From Alphaproteobacteria bacterium (GTDB lineage Bacteria; Pseudomonadota; Alphaproteobacteria; MPNO01), in contig CBDFLJ010000001.1 in assembly GCA_965248835.1 (NCBI GenBank), positions 1,440,001 through 1,504,000 of the forward strand: a stretch of 64,000 nucleotides of DNA, given 5' to 3'. This document shows, one piece after another, positions 36,992-46,568 of this stretch. The position numbers and the translations under genes were made by a program. Numbering within the stretch: position 1 is the first letter of the stretch; each line of letters begins with the position of its first letter. Below the pieces are notes generated by a model. The model searched no databases and was not told where the DNA came from. It worked only from the letters and a program-made list of their open reading frames with translations.

Positions 36992-37342
36992 TTACGACGC
37001 GGGAGACAGCGGATCGGCGAGCCAATCGCCGAGCCCGGTGTCGTAGGCGATGCCCTGGGCGGTGATGGTCGGCCCGCCGGGCCGGTCGATGCGCGCCAGT
37101 CCCTTGCGCAGCAGAACACGCCACACGGCCGGGTTGGAAAGCCCGCTCGCATCCCTGGCCGAAACCAGGAAACGGCCGATATGGACGTGGTCGCCATGGG
37201 GGCGCGGGATTTCCAGCAGGTGGACATCGCCGCTCGCCTCGTCCTTGCGGGCGATGTCGTCCTCGCGCGCCAGCGCCTGGGCCAGGGCCAGGGTTCGGAG
37301 CTGCAGCTTGTTCAGCTTGAGCGGATTCTTCTTCGGCGGCAT
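36992..37342 (-). CDS. Hypothetical protein (possible winged-helix-like), 116 aa
   Basis: MPPKKNPLKLNKLQLRTL..., HGDHVH, L.RKGL...IT..G; GAGG-like RBS, follows the CoxL-like gene. Confidence 0.7.
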   Translation of the reverse strand: MPPKKNPLKLNKLQLRTLALAQALAREDDIARKDEASGDVHLLEIPRPHGDHVHIGRFLVSARDASGLSNPAVWRVLLRKGLARIDRPGGPTITAQGIAYDTGLGDWLADPLSPAS

Positions 37343-37355
37343 GCAGGCCATCCTC

Positions 37356-39707
37356 TCAGGGGGATCGCATCGGGATTCGCTTCGCGTCGGGGCCGGGCGC
37401 TGCGGCGATCGCCCGCAGCACGCGAGCAGGCGTGATCGGGAGCTCGGTGATCTCAACGCCCAAAGGCCGCAGCGCATCGTTGACCGCATTGCCGATCGCG
37501 GCCAGCGGGCCGATCGCGCCGCCCTCGCCGACTCCCTTGATGCCGAAAACCGTATAGGGCGAGGGGGTCTCCATGTGGTGGACGCGGATGTCGGGCACCT
37601 CGGTCGGGCCGGGCAGCACGTAGTCGGCGAATGTCGGCGCAAGCGGGATCCCGGTCGCGCTGAACGGCATCTCCTCATAGAGCGCGGTGCCGATGCCCTG
37701 GGCGGTGCCGCCATGGACCTGACCCTCGACGATCATCGGGTTGACCATAACGCCCGGATCCTCGACGACCACGTAGTCGAGGATCTCCACCGCGCCGGTC
37801 TGCCGATCGAGCGCGACCACCGCGGCGTGGGTCGCAGCGGTATAGGCGCCGGTGCGGCGGCTCGGCGAATAGCCCTCGGTCGCCTCCAGCCCGCCGGGGT
37901 CGAGGTCGTCGGGCAGGTCCTGCGGGCGCAGGTACCAGGCGCGCGCGATCTCGCGCAGCGTCACACTGCCCGAGGGGCCGAACACCGCGCCGTCTCTGAC
38001 CTCGACGCTGGCCGCGTCGGCCTGCAGCAAGGCGCCGCCGATCGCCGCCGCCCGGCCGGCAATGCGCCGGCAGGACTCGGTCACCGCGCCGCCGGCCCAG
38101 ACGATGCAGCGCGATCCCCAGGTGCCCGACGAATAGGGGCTGAGCTCGGTGTCGCCGTGTACCACCCGGACATCGGCCGGATCGATGCCGAGGACCTCGT
38201 TGGCGAGCTGGGCGAGGGTGGTCTCCAGCCCCTGGCCATGGCTGTGCACGCCGACCCGAAGGTCGAGCCGGCCGTCGGGCGTCAGCCGCGCCGTGGCCTG
38301 CTCGAAGAGCTGCATCTTCTTGCCGTCGGAGGTGACCCCGGTGGCCGACTGCTCGCCGAAGATGCCGAACCCGACGCCGAGCAGGCGCCCATCCGGCATG
38401 CCCTCTGCCTGGCGGCGGCGCACGCCGGCAAGGTCGATCGCAGCGACCGCGTCCTCCAGGCATTTCGGGTAGTCGCCGCTGTCGAAATGCTTGCCGGTGA
38501 CGTTGTCGTAGGGCATCGCCGCCGGCGGGATCAGGTTGAGCAGGCGGACCTCGGTGGGGTCCTTGCCGACCGCGCGGGCCAGCGCATCGATCATCATCTC
38601 CATGACGTAGCAGACGCCGGGCCGCGCGACCCCGCGATAGGGCAGAATCGGTGTCTTGTTGGTCGCAACCGCGGCGGCGGTGCAGCGATAGGAAGGGATG
38701 ACGTAGGGGCCGGGCAGCACGCCGACGACCTGCGAGACCTCGACCGCGGCGGTGAACGGCGTTGCCGAATAGGCCCCGGCATCGACGACGGCCTCGGCAT
38801 CGACCGCCAACAGCCGGCCGTCGCGATCGGCATGAACGGTGATGCGGTAGTGATGCTCACGGCAATTGGCCGAGGCGCTGAGATGCTCATGGCGGTCCTC
38901 GAGCCAGCGCACGGCCCGTCCGGTCTTGAGCGCGAGCCAGCAGACCGCGACCTCTTCGGGCGCCAGGACCGCCTTGTAGCCGAAGCCGCCGCCGATATCG
39001 GGCGAGATCACCCGGATGCGCTGGTCGGCAATCTGCAAGCATTCGGCGAGCCCGGTGCGCAAGACATGCGGGAACTGCGAGGTGGCGTGGACGATGAGTT
39101 GATCGGTCCGGCTGTCGAATTCGGCGACCAGGCCGCGGCCTTCGAGCGGCGCCATGCATTGCCGCGCGGTGCGGAATTCGCGGGCGAGCGTGATCGGAGC
39201 GCCGGCGGCCGCCGCGGCGATGTTGCCGTCGTGGCCGACCTGAAGAAAGACATTCTCCGTCCAGCCGTCGTGGAGCAGCGGGGCGTCCGGGCTGCGCGCC
39301 GCGAGCATGTCGGAGACGGCGGCGATCGCCTCTGTCTGGAGTGCGATGCGCTGGGCGATGTCCTCGGCCTCCGCCCTGGTGTCGGCGAGGCACATCGCGA
39401 CCGGCTCGCCGGCATAGCGCAGCCTGTGGCCGGCCAGCACCGGCTGATCGGACGGCCTGAACCCGGCAATGCCGACCACCGCGCGGAGCGGCCGGACACC
39501 GGCGAGATCGGAAGCGGTGAAAACCGCATCGCGCACGTCGTCGGGGATCGTGATGCCGTGGAGATGGGCGTGTGCCAGGGGGCTCCTGACGAAGGCAACG
39601 TCCTGCATGCGCTCGGGCTTGAGGTCGCCGACGAACCGGCCGCGCCCGCGCAGAAACCGCGCATCCTCCTTGCGGGCCAGTCTTGCGCGCAATCCCTTGG
39701 AAGCCAC
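37356..39707 (-). CDS. Xanthine dehydrogenase/CoxL-family molybdopterin-binding large subunit
   Basis: R.ED.R.L.G.G.FV.D, VRSP.AHA, DIGGGFG.K, PYRGVARP, GQG.ET, GQ.HGG.AQG, KGVGE.G. Confidence 0.92.
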   Translation of the reverse strand: MASKGLRARLARKEDARFLRGRGRFVGDLKPERMQDVAFVRSPLAHAHLHGITIPDDVRDAVFTASDLAGVRPLRAVVGIAGFRPSDQPVLAGHRLRYAGEPVAMCLADTRAEAEDIAQRIALQTEAIAAVSDMLAARSPDAPLLHDGWTENVFLQVGHDGNIAAAAAGAPITLAREFRTARQCMAPLEGRGLVAEFDSRTDQLIVHATSQFPHVLRTGLAECLQIADQRIRVISPDIGGGFGYKAVLAPEEVAVCWLALKTGRAVRWLEDRHEHLSASANCREHHYRITVHADRDGRLLAVDAEAVVDAGAYSATPFTAAVEVSQVVGVLPGPYVIPSYRCTAAAVATNKTPILPYRGVARPGVCYVMEMMIDALARAVGKDPTEVRLLNLIPPAAMPYDNVTGKHFDSGDYPKCLEDAVAAIDLAGVRRRQAEGMPDGRLLGVGFGIFGEQSATGVTSDGKKMQLFEQATARLTPDGRLDLRVGVHSHGQGLETTLAQLANEVLGIDPADVRVVHGDTELSPYSSGTWGSRCIVWAGGAVTESCRRIAGRAAAIGGALLQADAASVEVRDGAVFGPSGSVTLREIARAWYLRPQDLPDDLDPGGLEATEGYSPSRRTGAYTAATHAAVVALDRQTGAVEILDYVVVEDPGVMVNPMIVEGQVHGGTAQGIGTALYEEMPFSATGIPLAPTFADYVLPGPTEVPDIRVHHMETPSPYTVFGIKGVGEGGAIGPLAAIGNAVNDALRPLGVEITELPITPARVLRAIAAAPGPDAKRIPMRSP

Positions 39708-39816
39708 TGTCGCCCCTCCATCCCGATGGCCCGAACATGGGCCGGGTCTATTTTGCCCTCGCCGGCCAATCGATGCATCCTGGATGGCCGCAGATCGAGG
39801 GAGGCTTAGAAAGACG

Positions 39817-41202
39817 ATGCCGGACGACGCCCCGGCGCGCGGTCGCTACGACCCGCGCGCGCAAACGATGATGACCTTCCACGACCTTGTTCCCGCTTTC
39901 CGCGAGGGCACCGCCAGCCCGCGTGCGCTGCTGGAGCGCTGCCTGGAGGCGATCGCCGCGCGCGAGGACGAGATCATGGCCTGGGCGGTGATCGATGAGG
40001 CTGCCGCACGGTCCGCCGCCGATGAGTCCGCCGCGCGCTATGCGGCCGGCCGGCCGCTCTCGCCGGTCGACGGGCTGCCGATCGGGATCAAGGACCTGAT
40101 CGAGACCGCGGACATGCCGACGGAATTCGGCAGCGTGCTCTATGGCGGTCATCGGCCGCTCCAGGACGCGGCCTGCGTGCATGCCCTGCGCGCCGGCGGG
40201 GCGGTGGTCATCGGCAAGACGGTGACGGTGACCTTCGGCGGCGGCGATCCGGCGCGCACACGCAACCCGCACGATCCGCGCCGGACGCCGGGCGGCTCGT
40301 CCAGCGGCTCGGCCGCAGCGGTGGGCGCGGCCACGGTGCCGGCGGCGGTCGGCACCCACGCGCGCGGCTCGACCATTCGCCCGGCGAGCTTCTGCGGCAC
40401 CTACGCCCTCAAGCCGACTTTCGGGGCGATCAACCGTCAGGGCGTGTTCTCCGCCGCCCACAGCATGGACCATCTCGGCACCTTCGCCGGGTCGTTGTCC
40501 GATGTCTGGATCATCGCCCGGCACATGGCGCGGCTGGGCGGTGGGGATCCCGGCTATCCCGGGCTCTATGGCGGTGCCGCGCCGCCCGCGCCGCGCAAGC
40601 CGTTGCGGCTCGTGCGGCTCGAAACCGCCGGATGGCCGCAGACCGACGACGCTACCAAGGCGGCGTTCGAGGCCGTGGCCGCGGGCTTGGCCGCTTCCGG
40701 CATCGCGGTCTTCAGCCGCGCCGACGACCCCGCCATCGAGTCCTACGAGCGCGCGCTCGCCGAGGTCCCCGACCTGTGGCGCAACCTCTACCGGTTCGAG
40801 ATGCGCTGGCCGATGCTGCAGCTCCTGGCCCGTTATCCGGACAAGATCCCGCCGCGGCTCAAGGCCGGGTTGGAAGAGGGCGCCGGCATGACCCAGGAGA
40901 CCTATCGCGAGGCCCTGGTCCGGCGTTCCTATCTGCGCGCCCTGCACCGCGAACTGGCCGGCCGGGTGGACGGCTTTATCACCCTGTCCTCGCCCGGCCC
41001 CGGCCCGGTCGGCATGGATCAGGGCAGCGCGATCTATAACGAGGCGTCCTCGGTCCTCGGCGCGCCGGCGCTCTCGCTGCCTCTGCTTGCCGTCGACGGC
41101 GCCCCTGCCGGAGTCCAACTCCAAGGCCAATTCGACGCCGACGAGGCGCTGACCGCCTGCGGCCTATGGATCGCCCGGCACCGGCTGGGGCGGGCGGTCT
41201 AA
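39817..41202 (+). CDS. Amidase signature family protein
   Basis: GLPIGIKD, TRNP...RTPGGSSSGSAAAV, GSTIRPASFCG..LKPT. Confidence 0.9.
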   Translation: MPDDAPARGRYDPRAQTMMTFHDLVPAFREGTASPRALLERCLEAIAAREDEIMAWAVIDEAAARSAADESAARYAAGRPLSPVDGLPIGIKDLIETADMPTEFGSVLYGGHRPLQDAACVHALRAGGAVVIGKTVTVTFGGGDPARTRNPHDPRRTPGGSSSGSAAAVGAATVPAAVGTHARGSTIRPASFCGTYALKPTFGAINRQGVFSAAHSMDHLGTFAGSLSDVWIIARHMARLGGGDPGYPGLYGGAAPPAPRKPLRLVRLETAGWPQTDDATKAAFEAVAAGLAASGIAVFSRADDPAIESYERALAEVPDLWRNLYRFEMRWPMLQLLARYPDKIPPRLKAGLEEGAGMTQETYREALVRRSYLRALHRELAGRVDGFITLSSPGPGPVGMDQGSAIYNEASSVLGAPALSLPLLAVDGAPAGVQLQGQFDADEALTACGLWIARHRLGRAV

Positions 41203-41310
41203 GGCAGGTTCTCCGCGCTCCGCTCGGATGCGTTCTTCCAGCGCGCGCCGGGCACGCGATCCGGTTGGAACATGCTCTAAACTTGGCGCGTTGCGACCAC
41301 GGAGGTTCCC

Positions 41311-42702
41311 ATGACCGGCATGACGGCCATCCGCGCCCGCTGGGCGCTGACCTGTGACGGCGGCAGCAGTCGGATCGAGACCGACCGCTGGATCGTCGTC
41401 GAAGGAAGGCGCATCGCTGCGGTCACCGATACCCGGCCGGCCGGCGCCGATGCGGTGATCGACCGGCCGGATGCGCTGGTCGTGCCCGGGCTGATGAACA
41501 TGCACAACCACGGGATCTCCGCGCTCCTGTTCCGCGGCATCGTCGAGGACCGGACGACCGCGTCCTGGGCCTCGGATACGGTTTACGGACTGATCATGCC
41601 GCTCCAAGGGCTGGCCATGGAGGTGCTGGACGAGGCCGAACTGCGCGCCGTCACCGCGCTGGGCTTCCTCGCGCCGCTGAAGAGCGGGGCGACCACGGTG
41701 ATGGACAATTTCCGGCTCGGCCAGGCGGTGAGCTTCGAGGTCGCCGAAGAGCTGGGCTTGCGGCTTTACGGCATGCCCTACATCTTTTCGACCGAGGACA
41801 TGGCGATCGGCGCCGACGGAAGGCCGGTCTATGCCGCACGCCAAGGCGCCGAGAGCGATCTCGATCGCTGCCTCGGGCTGTTCGATGCCTATGACGGCGG
41901 CGCGGACGGCCGTCTCAAGGTCGGGTTCGGGCCGCACGGCGTGGATAGCTGCAATCCCGACCTCCTGGTCGCGATCCGCGAGGCGGCGCGCGAACGCGGC
42001 GCGAAGGTGACCATCCACGCCTCCCAGAGCGCGCCCGAGGGCGAGACCGTGCGGGCGCGCTACGGCCGTTCGCCGGTCGCGCAGCTCGGCCATCTCGGCT
42101 TGCTGGGTCCGGACCTCCTGGCCGCGCATTGCGTCTATGCGAGCGATGACGATCTCGCGCTGATCGCGCGCACCGGGACAGTGGTGGTGAACTGCCCGGC
42201 CTCGTTCGCGCGCGGCGCGGTCTCCGCGATCTGGCAGCGGAGCACGGACATGGCCATCCCGACCGCGATCGGGCTCGACGGGTACGCGATGGACATGGTG
42301 GGCGAGTTGCGCACCGCCGCAATCGTTTCCAAGCTGGCGACCGGGCTGTCGGAAAAGGCGGCCGCGCACGACCTGCTTGCGGCCGCGACCATCGACAGCG
42401 CCGCCGCGCTCGGCCGGCCGGACCTCGGCCGCATCGCGCCTGGGGCGGCGGCCGATCTGGTGGTCTTCGATCTGTCCGGCGCCCATCTGGTGCCGGTGAG
42501 CGATCCGATCAAGACCCTGGTCTGGCACGCCAACCCGGGCGATGTCGCAGCCGTCCTGGTCGACGGCACCATCGTGGTCCAGGACGGTCGTCACCTGCTG
42601 GTCGACGAGGCCGCCATCGTCGAAGCCGGCGCCGCCGCGGTGCGCAAGGTCTGGGCCGAAGGCCTCGAAAGGGGACTGATCAGGCCGGGCGAGATCCTTT
42701 AG
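41311..42702 (+). CDS. Metal-dependent amidohydrolase (AtzA/TrzN/deaminase-like)
   Basis: PGL.NMHNH, SG.TT..D, GPH, IHASQS, AAHC, G.DG, G.I.PG..ADLV. Confidence 0.87.
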   Translation: MTGMTAIRARWALTCDGGSSRIETDRWIVVEGRRIAAVTDTRPAGADAVIDRPDALVVPGLMNMHNHGISALLFRGIVEDRTTASWASDTVYGLIMPLQGLAMEVLDEAELRAVTALGFLAPLKSGATTVMDNFRLGQAVSFEVAEELGLRLYGMPYIFSTEDMAIGADGRPVYAARQGAESDLDRCLGLFDAYDGGADGRLKVGFGPHGVDSCNPDLLVAIREAARERGAKVTIHASQSAPEGETVRARYGRSPVAQLGHLGLLGPDLLAAHCVYASDDDLALIARTGTVVVNCPASFARGAVSAIWQRSTDMAIPTAIGLDGYAMDMVGELRTAAIVSKLATGLSEKAAAHDLLAAATIDSAAALGRPDLGRIAPGAAADLVVFDLSGAHLVPVSDPIKTLVWHANPGDVAAVLVDGTIVVQDGRHLLVDEAAIVEAGAAAVRKVWAEGLERGLIRPGEIL

Positions 42703-43655
42703 CGCAGCAGCTTCATCACCTCGCCGGCGAACCGGTCCAGCCGCCCGCCCGCCTGGCCGGCGCTCGCCGCACCGCCCAGGAGCGAGAAGACGATGCAGGA
42801 TACGCCCGCCTCCTCCAGCGCCGCGACATCGGCGGCGACATCCTCGGCGTTGCCGGTGCACAGCGCCCGCTTGCCGTCGTCGGTCCGTTGCGGGCTCGGC
42901 CGGTAGCCGTAGGCCCAGTACGCTAGGCCGATGTCGTGCGGTGCCCGGCCGATCGCCTCGGCCTCCCGCCAAAGGGCGTCGCGCCTGGCGGTGTAGCGGG
43001 CCGCCGTGTCGAGGGGGAACTTCGGGTTCGCGCTGATCGGGAACCAGGCATCGCCCAGCCGCGCGGCGCGGCGGAGCGCCGCCCGGCTCTCGCCGCCTAT
43101 CCAGATCGGCGGGTGGGGCTTCTGCACCGGCTTGGGCGCGAAGGTGATGTCGGCGAAGCGGACATATTCGCCCTCGTACGATGGCCGGTCCTCGGTCCAC
43201 AGCACGCGGAAGGCCGCGATATACTCGTCCGTCGCCTTGCCGCGGCCGGCATAGGGTGCGCCGAGTGCCGTGAACTCTTCTTCCATCCAGCCCGTGCCGC
43301 AGCCGACGGTGAGCCTGCCGCCGGACAGGACGTCGATGCTGGCCAGCATCTTGGCGGTCTGCACCGGCGGGCGGTGCGGGACCACCATCACCGAGGTCAT
43401 CAGGCCGATCCGGCTGGTCATCGCGCCAAGCGTGGTCAGGATCGTAAGCTGCTCCAGGCATTCCTCGCCGCCGGGATAGTCGCCCGTCCGGCTATAGGGA
43501 TAGGTCGAGCCGATCGCCCGAGGGATCACGATGTGGTCGGAGACCGCGATATGGTCGAACCCCAGCGCCTCGCAGCGCGTGGCGATCTCCCGATAGCCCT
43601 CGGCAGTCGCGAGCGGGCCTCTGGTGGGTGCGTAGACGCCGATTTCCATGCTCAT
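42699..43655 (-). CDS. Luciferase-like (LLM) oxidoreductase, F420-dependent class-like
   Basis: E.LGFD...VSDH..IP, T.RI.L.TSV.V.PHR.P...AK..A.ID.LSGGR, G.GW..EEF, PKPVQ.PHPPIWIGG. Confidence 0.88.
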   Translation of the reverse strand: MSMEIGVYAPTRGPLATAEGYREIATRCEALGFDHIAVSDHIVIPRAIGSTYPYSRTGDYPGGEECLEQLTILTTLGAMTSRIGLMTSVMVVPHRPPVQTAKMLASIDVLSGGRLTVGCGTGWMEEEFTALGAPYAGRGKATDEYIAAFRVLWTEDRPSYEGEYVRFADITFAPKPVQKPHPPIWIGGESRAALRRAARLGDAWFPISANPKFPLDTAARYTARRDALWREAEAIGRAPHDIGLAYWAYGYRPSPQRTDDGKRALCTGNAEDVAADVAALEEAGVSCIVFSLLGGAASAGQAGGRLDRFAGEVMKLLR

Positions 43656-43740
43656 GCCGGTCCGCCGCCTGCCGCGCCGATTGCCTAAGCGGCCGGCTCT
43701 GGCATACTCGGCTGCGACGGTCAACCGAGGGAGGCACGAA

Positions 43741-44262
43741 ATGGCGCTGACCCTGCCGCTCAACCTCAATAGCTGGATCGCCGAGCACCGCGCCCTGTTG
43801 AGCCCGCCGACCGGCGCGAAGACGATCTGGGAGGATACCGACTTCATCGTCACGGTGGTCGGCGGCCCCAACGCGCGGGCGGATTTTCACGACGATCCGC
43901 TGGAGGAGTTGTTCTTCCAGGTCGAGGGCGACATCACCCTGCGGGTCATCGACGAGGGAAAGCACCGCGACATCGCGGTGCGCGAGGGCGAGATCTACCT
44001 GCTGCCGCCGCATGTGCGGCATTCGCCGCAACGCCCGGCGGGCACCGTCGGCATGATCGTGGAGCGCCGGCGCGGCCCCGGCGTCATCGACGCCTTCGAG
44101 TGGTATTGCGAGGGCTGCGGGCACCGGATGGCGCGCCGCGAGGTCTCGGTCGCCTCGCTGGCCGAGGACGTGACCGCGATGGTCGAGGCCTGGCTCGGCG
44201 ACGAAGCCTTGCGCACTTGCAAGTCCTGCGGCCACCTGAACCCGGCCCGCCCCACGGTCTGA
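43741..44262 (+). CDS. nbaC: 3-hydroxyanthranilate 3,4-dioxygenase
   Basis: VGGPNAR.DFH.DP.EE.F.Q..G, LLPP.V.HSPQRP, WYC..C and C..CG rubredoxin-like Cys pairs; GGAGG RBS. Confidence 0.92.
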   Translation: MALTLPLNLNSWIAEHRALLSPPTGAKTIWEDTDFIVTVVGGPNARADFHDDPLEELFFQVEGDITLRVIDEGKHRDIAVREGEIYLLPPHVRHSPQRPAGTVGMIVERRRGPGVIDAFEWYCEGCGHRMARREVSVASLAEDVTAMVEAWLGDEALRTCKSCGHLNPARPTV

Positions 44263-44335
44263 AGAGATGCGGCCTTGCGACCGGTCCTGAAACCTGTTCC
44301 GGTCCCGGCGGCCCGGCAGGCCCCGCGACAGCGGG

Positions 44336-44920
44336 TCAGCGCAGCCCGTCTTCGCCCTTGACCTCGGCGGTGGTCAGGCCGCCGACGCGGGGGAAAGGGC
44401 GCCCGGAGTCGGTCACCGCAATGGCGACCAGGATTTCGTCGGCGCGCGGGGCGTCGGGCAGGCGCACCTCCATGCCGTCGAAATGGCTGCGGACATAGGC
44501 CGCGTCCTTGTGGCCGAGCGGGATGTCGATCGCGCTGCCGGGACCGCCCAGCTTCTTGACCGAGGGCACGAGGGCTGCGCCCTTCTCGACGGCCTTGCGC
44601 AGCGGCGCGCCGAGCCTGGGGTGCAGGATCGCCGCGGCGTGCTCCCATTCGCCGTTCTCGCCCACGATGGCGGCCTTGCCGAAGCTCTCCGCCTGATCGG
44701 GCCGAATGCCGAGCGCCTTGACGCACATCTCTCCCAGCATGCCGCCCAACTCGGCGCCGATCGCCATCAATTCGTCTAGTTCCTCGACATAGCGGCCGGC
44801 GAACGGGTTGCGGATCACTGCGATTGCGGCGGCCTTGCGGGTCGGCGGGTTGACCGGGCGGCCGAGATCGGACCTGGTCTCCTCGACGATAACGCTGGTC
44901 TTGCGGATGTCTGCGCTCAT
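44336..44920 (-). CDS. Amino acid synthesis family protein (DUF1185)
   Basis: IRNPFAGRYVE.L, FGKAAIVG..GE.EHAAA, IDIPL.HK.A..VRSHFD, DAP..DE. Confidence 0.85.
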   Translation of the reverse strand: MSADIRKTSVIVEETRSDLGRPVNPPTRKAAAIAVIRNPFAGRYVEELDELMAIGAELGGMLGEMCVKALGIRPDQAESFGKAAIVGENGEWEHAAAILHPRLGAPLRKAVEKGAALVPSVKKLGGPGSAIDIPLGHKDAAYVRSHFDGMEVRLPDAPRADEILVAIAVTDSGRPFPRVGGLTTAEVKGEDGLR

Positions 44921-44921
44921 C

Positions 44922-45941
44922 TCAGGCCTCGGTTCGGATGCGCTCGGCGATCTTGCGCCGGAACAGGGCGGCGGACGCGTCGAGGTCGAGCCCGACGCGC
45001 GGCCCGCCCTCGTAGAGATTCTCCTCGCGCTGGATGTCCTCCAGCACCACCTTGTCCTCGGCAAACGCGACGCGGAACTGCTCGGAGATCCCCTCGCCCA
45101 CGGCCGGGTCGTCGGCACCGAAATTGCGCACATGCAGCCAGTAGTCGTAACAGCTCGTATCGGTCTCCGGCGCCATGAAGTGGCAGGAATACAGCCGGAT
45201 CGCGCCCTCGTGGTTGCCTTGGCGCGCGCGCGCCCCGGTCGGCGCGGTGCCGAAGTCGATGATCGCGATCGAGGGCGTGTACATGTGGTAATACTGCCAG
45301 CGGTCGACCTTGCCGGGGAAGTTGCCGAATGTTTTGGCGAGCCCGACGGGCTCGGAGTCGAGCGTCCAGCGGTGGGTCGTCACCCCCCAGTCCCTTTCTT
45401 CGAACGCGACCGACACACCTTCGCTGTCAGGGCTGCCGAGCGTCGTCGGGTGGACGTATTCGACATGGCTCGGGTCGCACAGATTGTCGCAGAGCAACAG
45501 ATAGTCCGCCTCGACATGCAGCGCATCGCCGTGGGCGATGCCCCAGTCCGACGCATGGTATTCCGGCAGGTCGTAGATCTTGCTCTCGTCCGCCCGGTCG
45601 GGCTCGCCCATCCAGATCCACACCAGGCCGAGCCGCTCCGCCATCGGATAGGATCGCACGCGGGCATTGGGCGGAATCACCTCCTGGCCCGGAACCCGGA
45701 CGCAGGTCCCCGAGCGGTCGAAGACCAGGCCGTGATAGCCGCACTGGACGGTATCGCCGATCAGTTTTCCGCGGGACAGCGGCAGCAGCCGGTGGGGACA
45801 GCGGTCGCGCAGCGCCGCCGGGGCGCCGTCCTCGGTCCGGAACATGACCACGGCTTCGCCGAGGATGGTCCGGCGCCTCAGCGACCGGTCGAGCTCACTG
45901 GACCACGCAGCCACGTACCAGGCGTTGCGGACAAAGGCCAT
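44922..45941 (-). CDS. Rieske oxygenase alpha subunit, VanA/O-demethylase-like
   Basis: RNAWYVA, DRCPHR, CGYHG, DNL.D.SH..YVH, ED...LE..Q. Confidence 0.9.
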   Translation of the reverse strand: MAFVRNAWYVAAWSSELDRSLRRRTILGEAVVMFRTEDGAPAALRDRCPHRLLPLSRGKLIGDTVQCGYHGLVFDRSGTCVRVPGQEVIPPNARVRSYPMAERLGLVWIWMGEPDRADESKIYDLPEYHASDWGIAHGDALHVEADYLLLCDNLCDPSHVEYVHPTTLGSPDSEGVSVAFEERDWGVTTHRWTLDSEPVGLAKTFGNFPGKVDRWQYYHMYTPSIAIIDFGTAPTGARARQGNHEGAIRLYSCHFMAPETDTSCYDYWLHVRNFGADDPAVGEGISEQFRVAFAEDKVVLEDIQREENLYEGGPRVGLDLDASAALFRRKIAERIRTEA

Positions 45942-45987
45942 GCCGGGCTCTCCCGAAAGTCGGCGTCCGAAGGCGGCGACCTTACGC

Positions 45988-46016
45988 GAAAATTTGTATG
46001 TGTACAAACAATTTTC
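45988..46016. promoter_or_regulatory. Candidate GntR-family operator TTTGTA-TGTG-TACAAA in an AT-rich promoter patch
   Basis: 6-bp inverted repeat at 45993-45998/46003-46008, flanked by GAAAAT/ATTTTC, about 50 nt upstream of the Rieske gene start. Confidence 0.5.
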
Positions 46017-46485
46017 AGGTGTAGTGATGCGGTGCGTCCGGGTCGCGCTCGAACGGTTCGGGCGCCGGCTCGCCGGCTTGGCGCGGCTGTCCGACGGCGG
46101 CAAAGAACCTCTCCAGCCCGCCCGGCGCGATCACCCACTGAAGGACCAGCGGCTCGTCCCCGTCGTTGCGGATCTCGTGGCTGACCTCGCTGCCCAGGAA
46201 GCAGGTCGTGCGCGGCGCGAAGGGGTGTTCCACCCCGTCGACCAGGATGCGGCCGCGACCGGAAAAGCAGGTCAGGAACTCGGCATTGGTGCCGTGGGAA
46301 TGGGCGTGGACATGGCAGCCGGGCGCTACGGTCTGAAATCCCATCGACAGCCCGTCGAAGCCGGTCCTGTCGGGGGTCAGCTTGGGCTCGGCGTAACCGT
46401 TGGCCGGCAGCGGCTGCCAGTAGCTCGCGCCCTCCCCGGGCTGGACGACGACCGCATGGCCGCGTGAGATCGGAGCCTTTTCCAT
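46015..46485 (-). CDS. Cupin domain protein
   Basis: PG....HSH....E......G.G...VDG and H...N.G..P motifs; PGGLE.FF. Confidence 0.85.
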   Translation of the reverse strand: MEKAPISRGHAVVVQPGEGASYWQPLPANGYAEPKLTPDRTGFDGLSMGFQTVAPGCHVHAHSHGTNAEFLTCFSGRGRILVDGVEHPFAPRTTCFLGSEVSHEIRNDGDEPLVLQWVIAPGGLERFFAAVGQPRQAGEPAPEPFERDPDAPHHYT

Positions 46486-46568
46486 CGCGTTATCCTTTCT
46501 CGGTTCGACCCGTCCGGACGTGCTGCCGGCCAGGCCCGATCATCGCCCAGGGGCTGCCGGTTTGTCCA

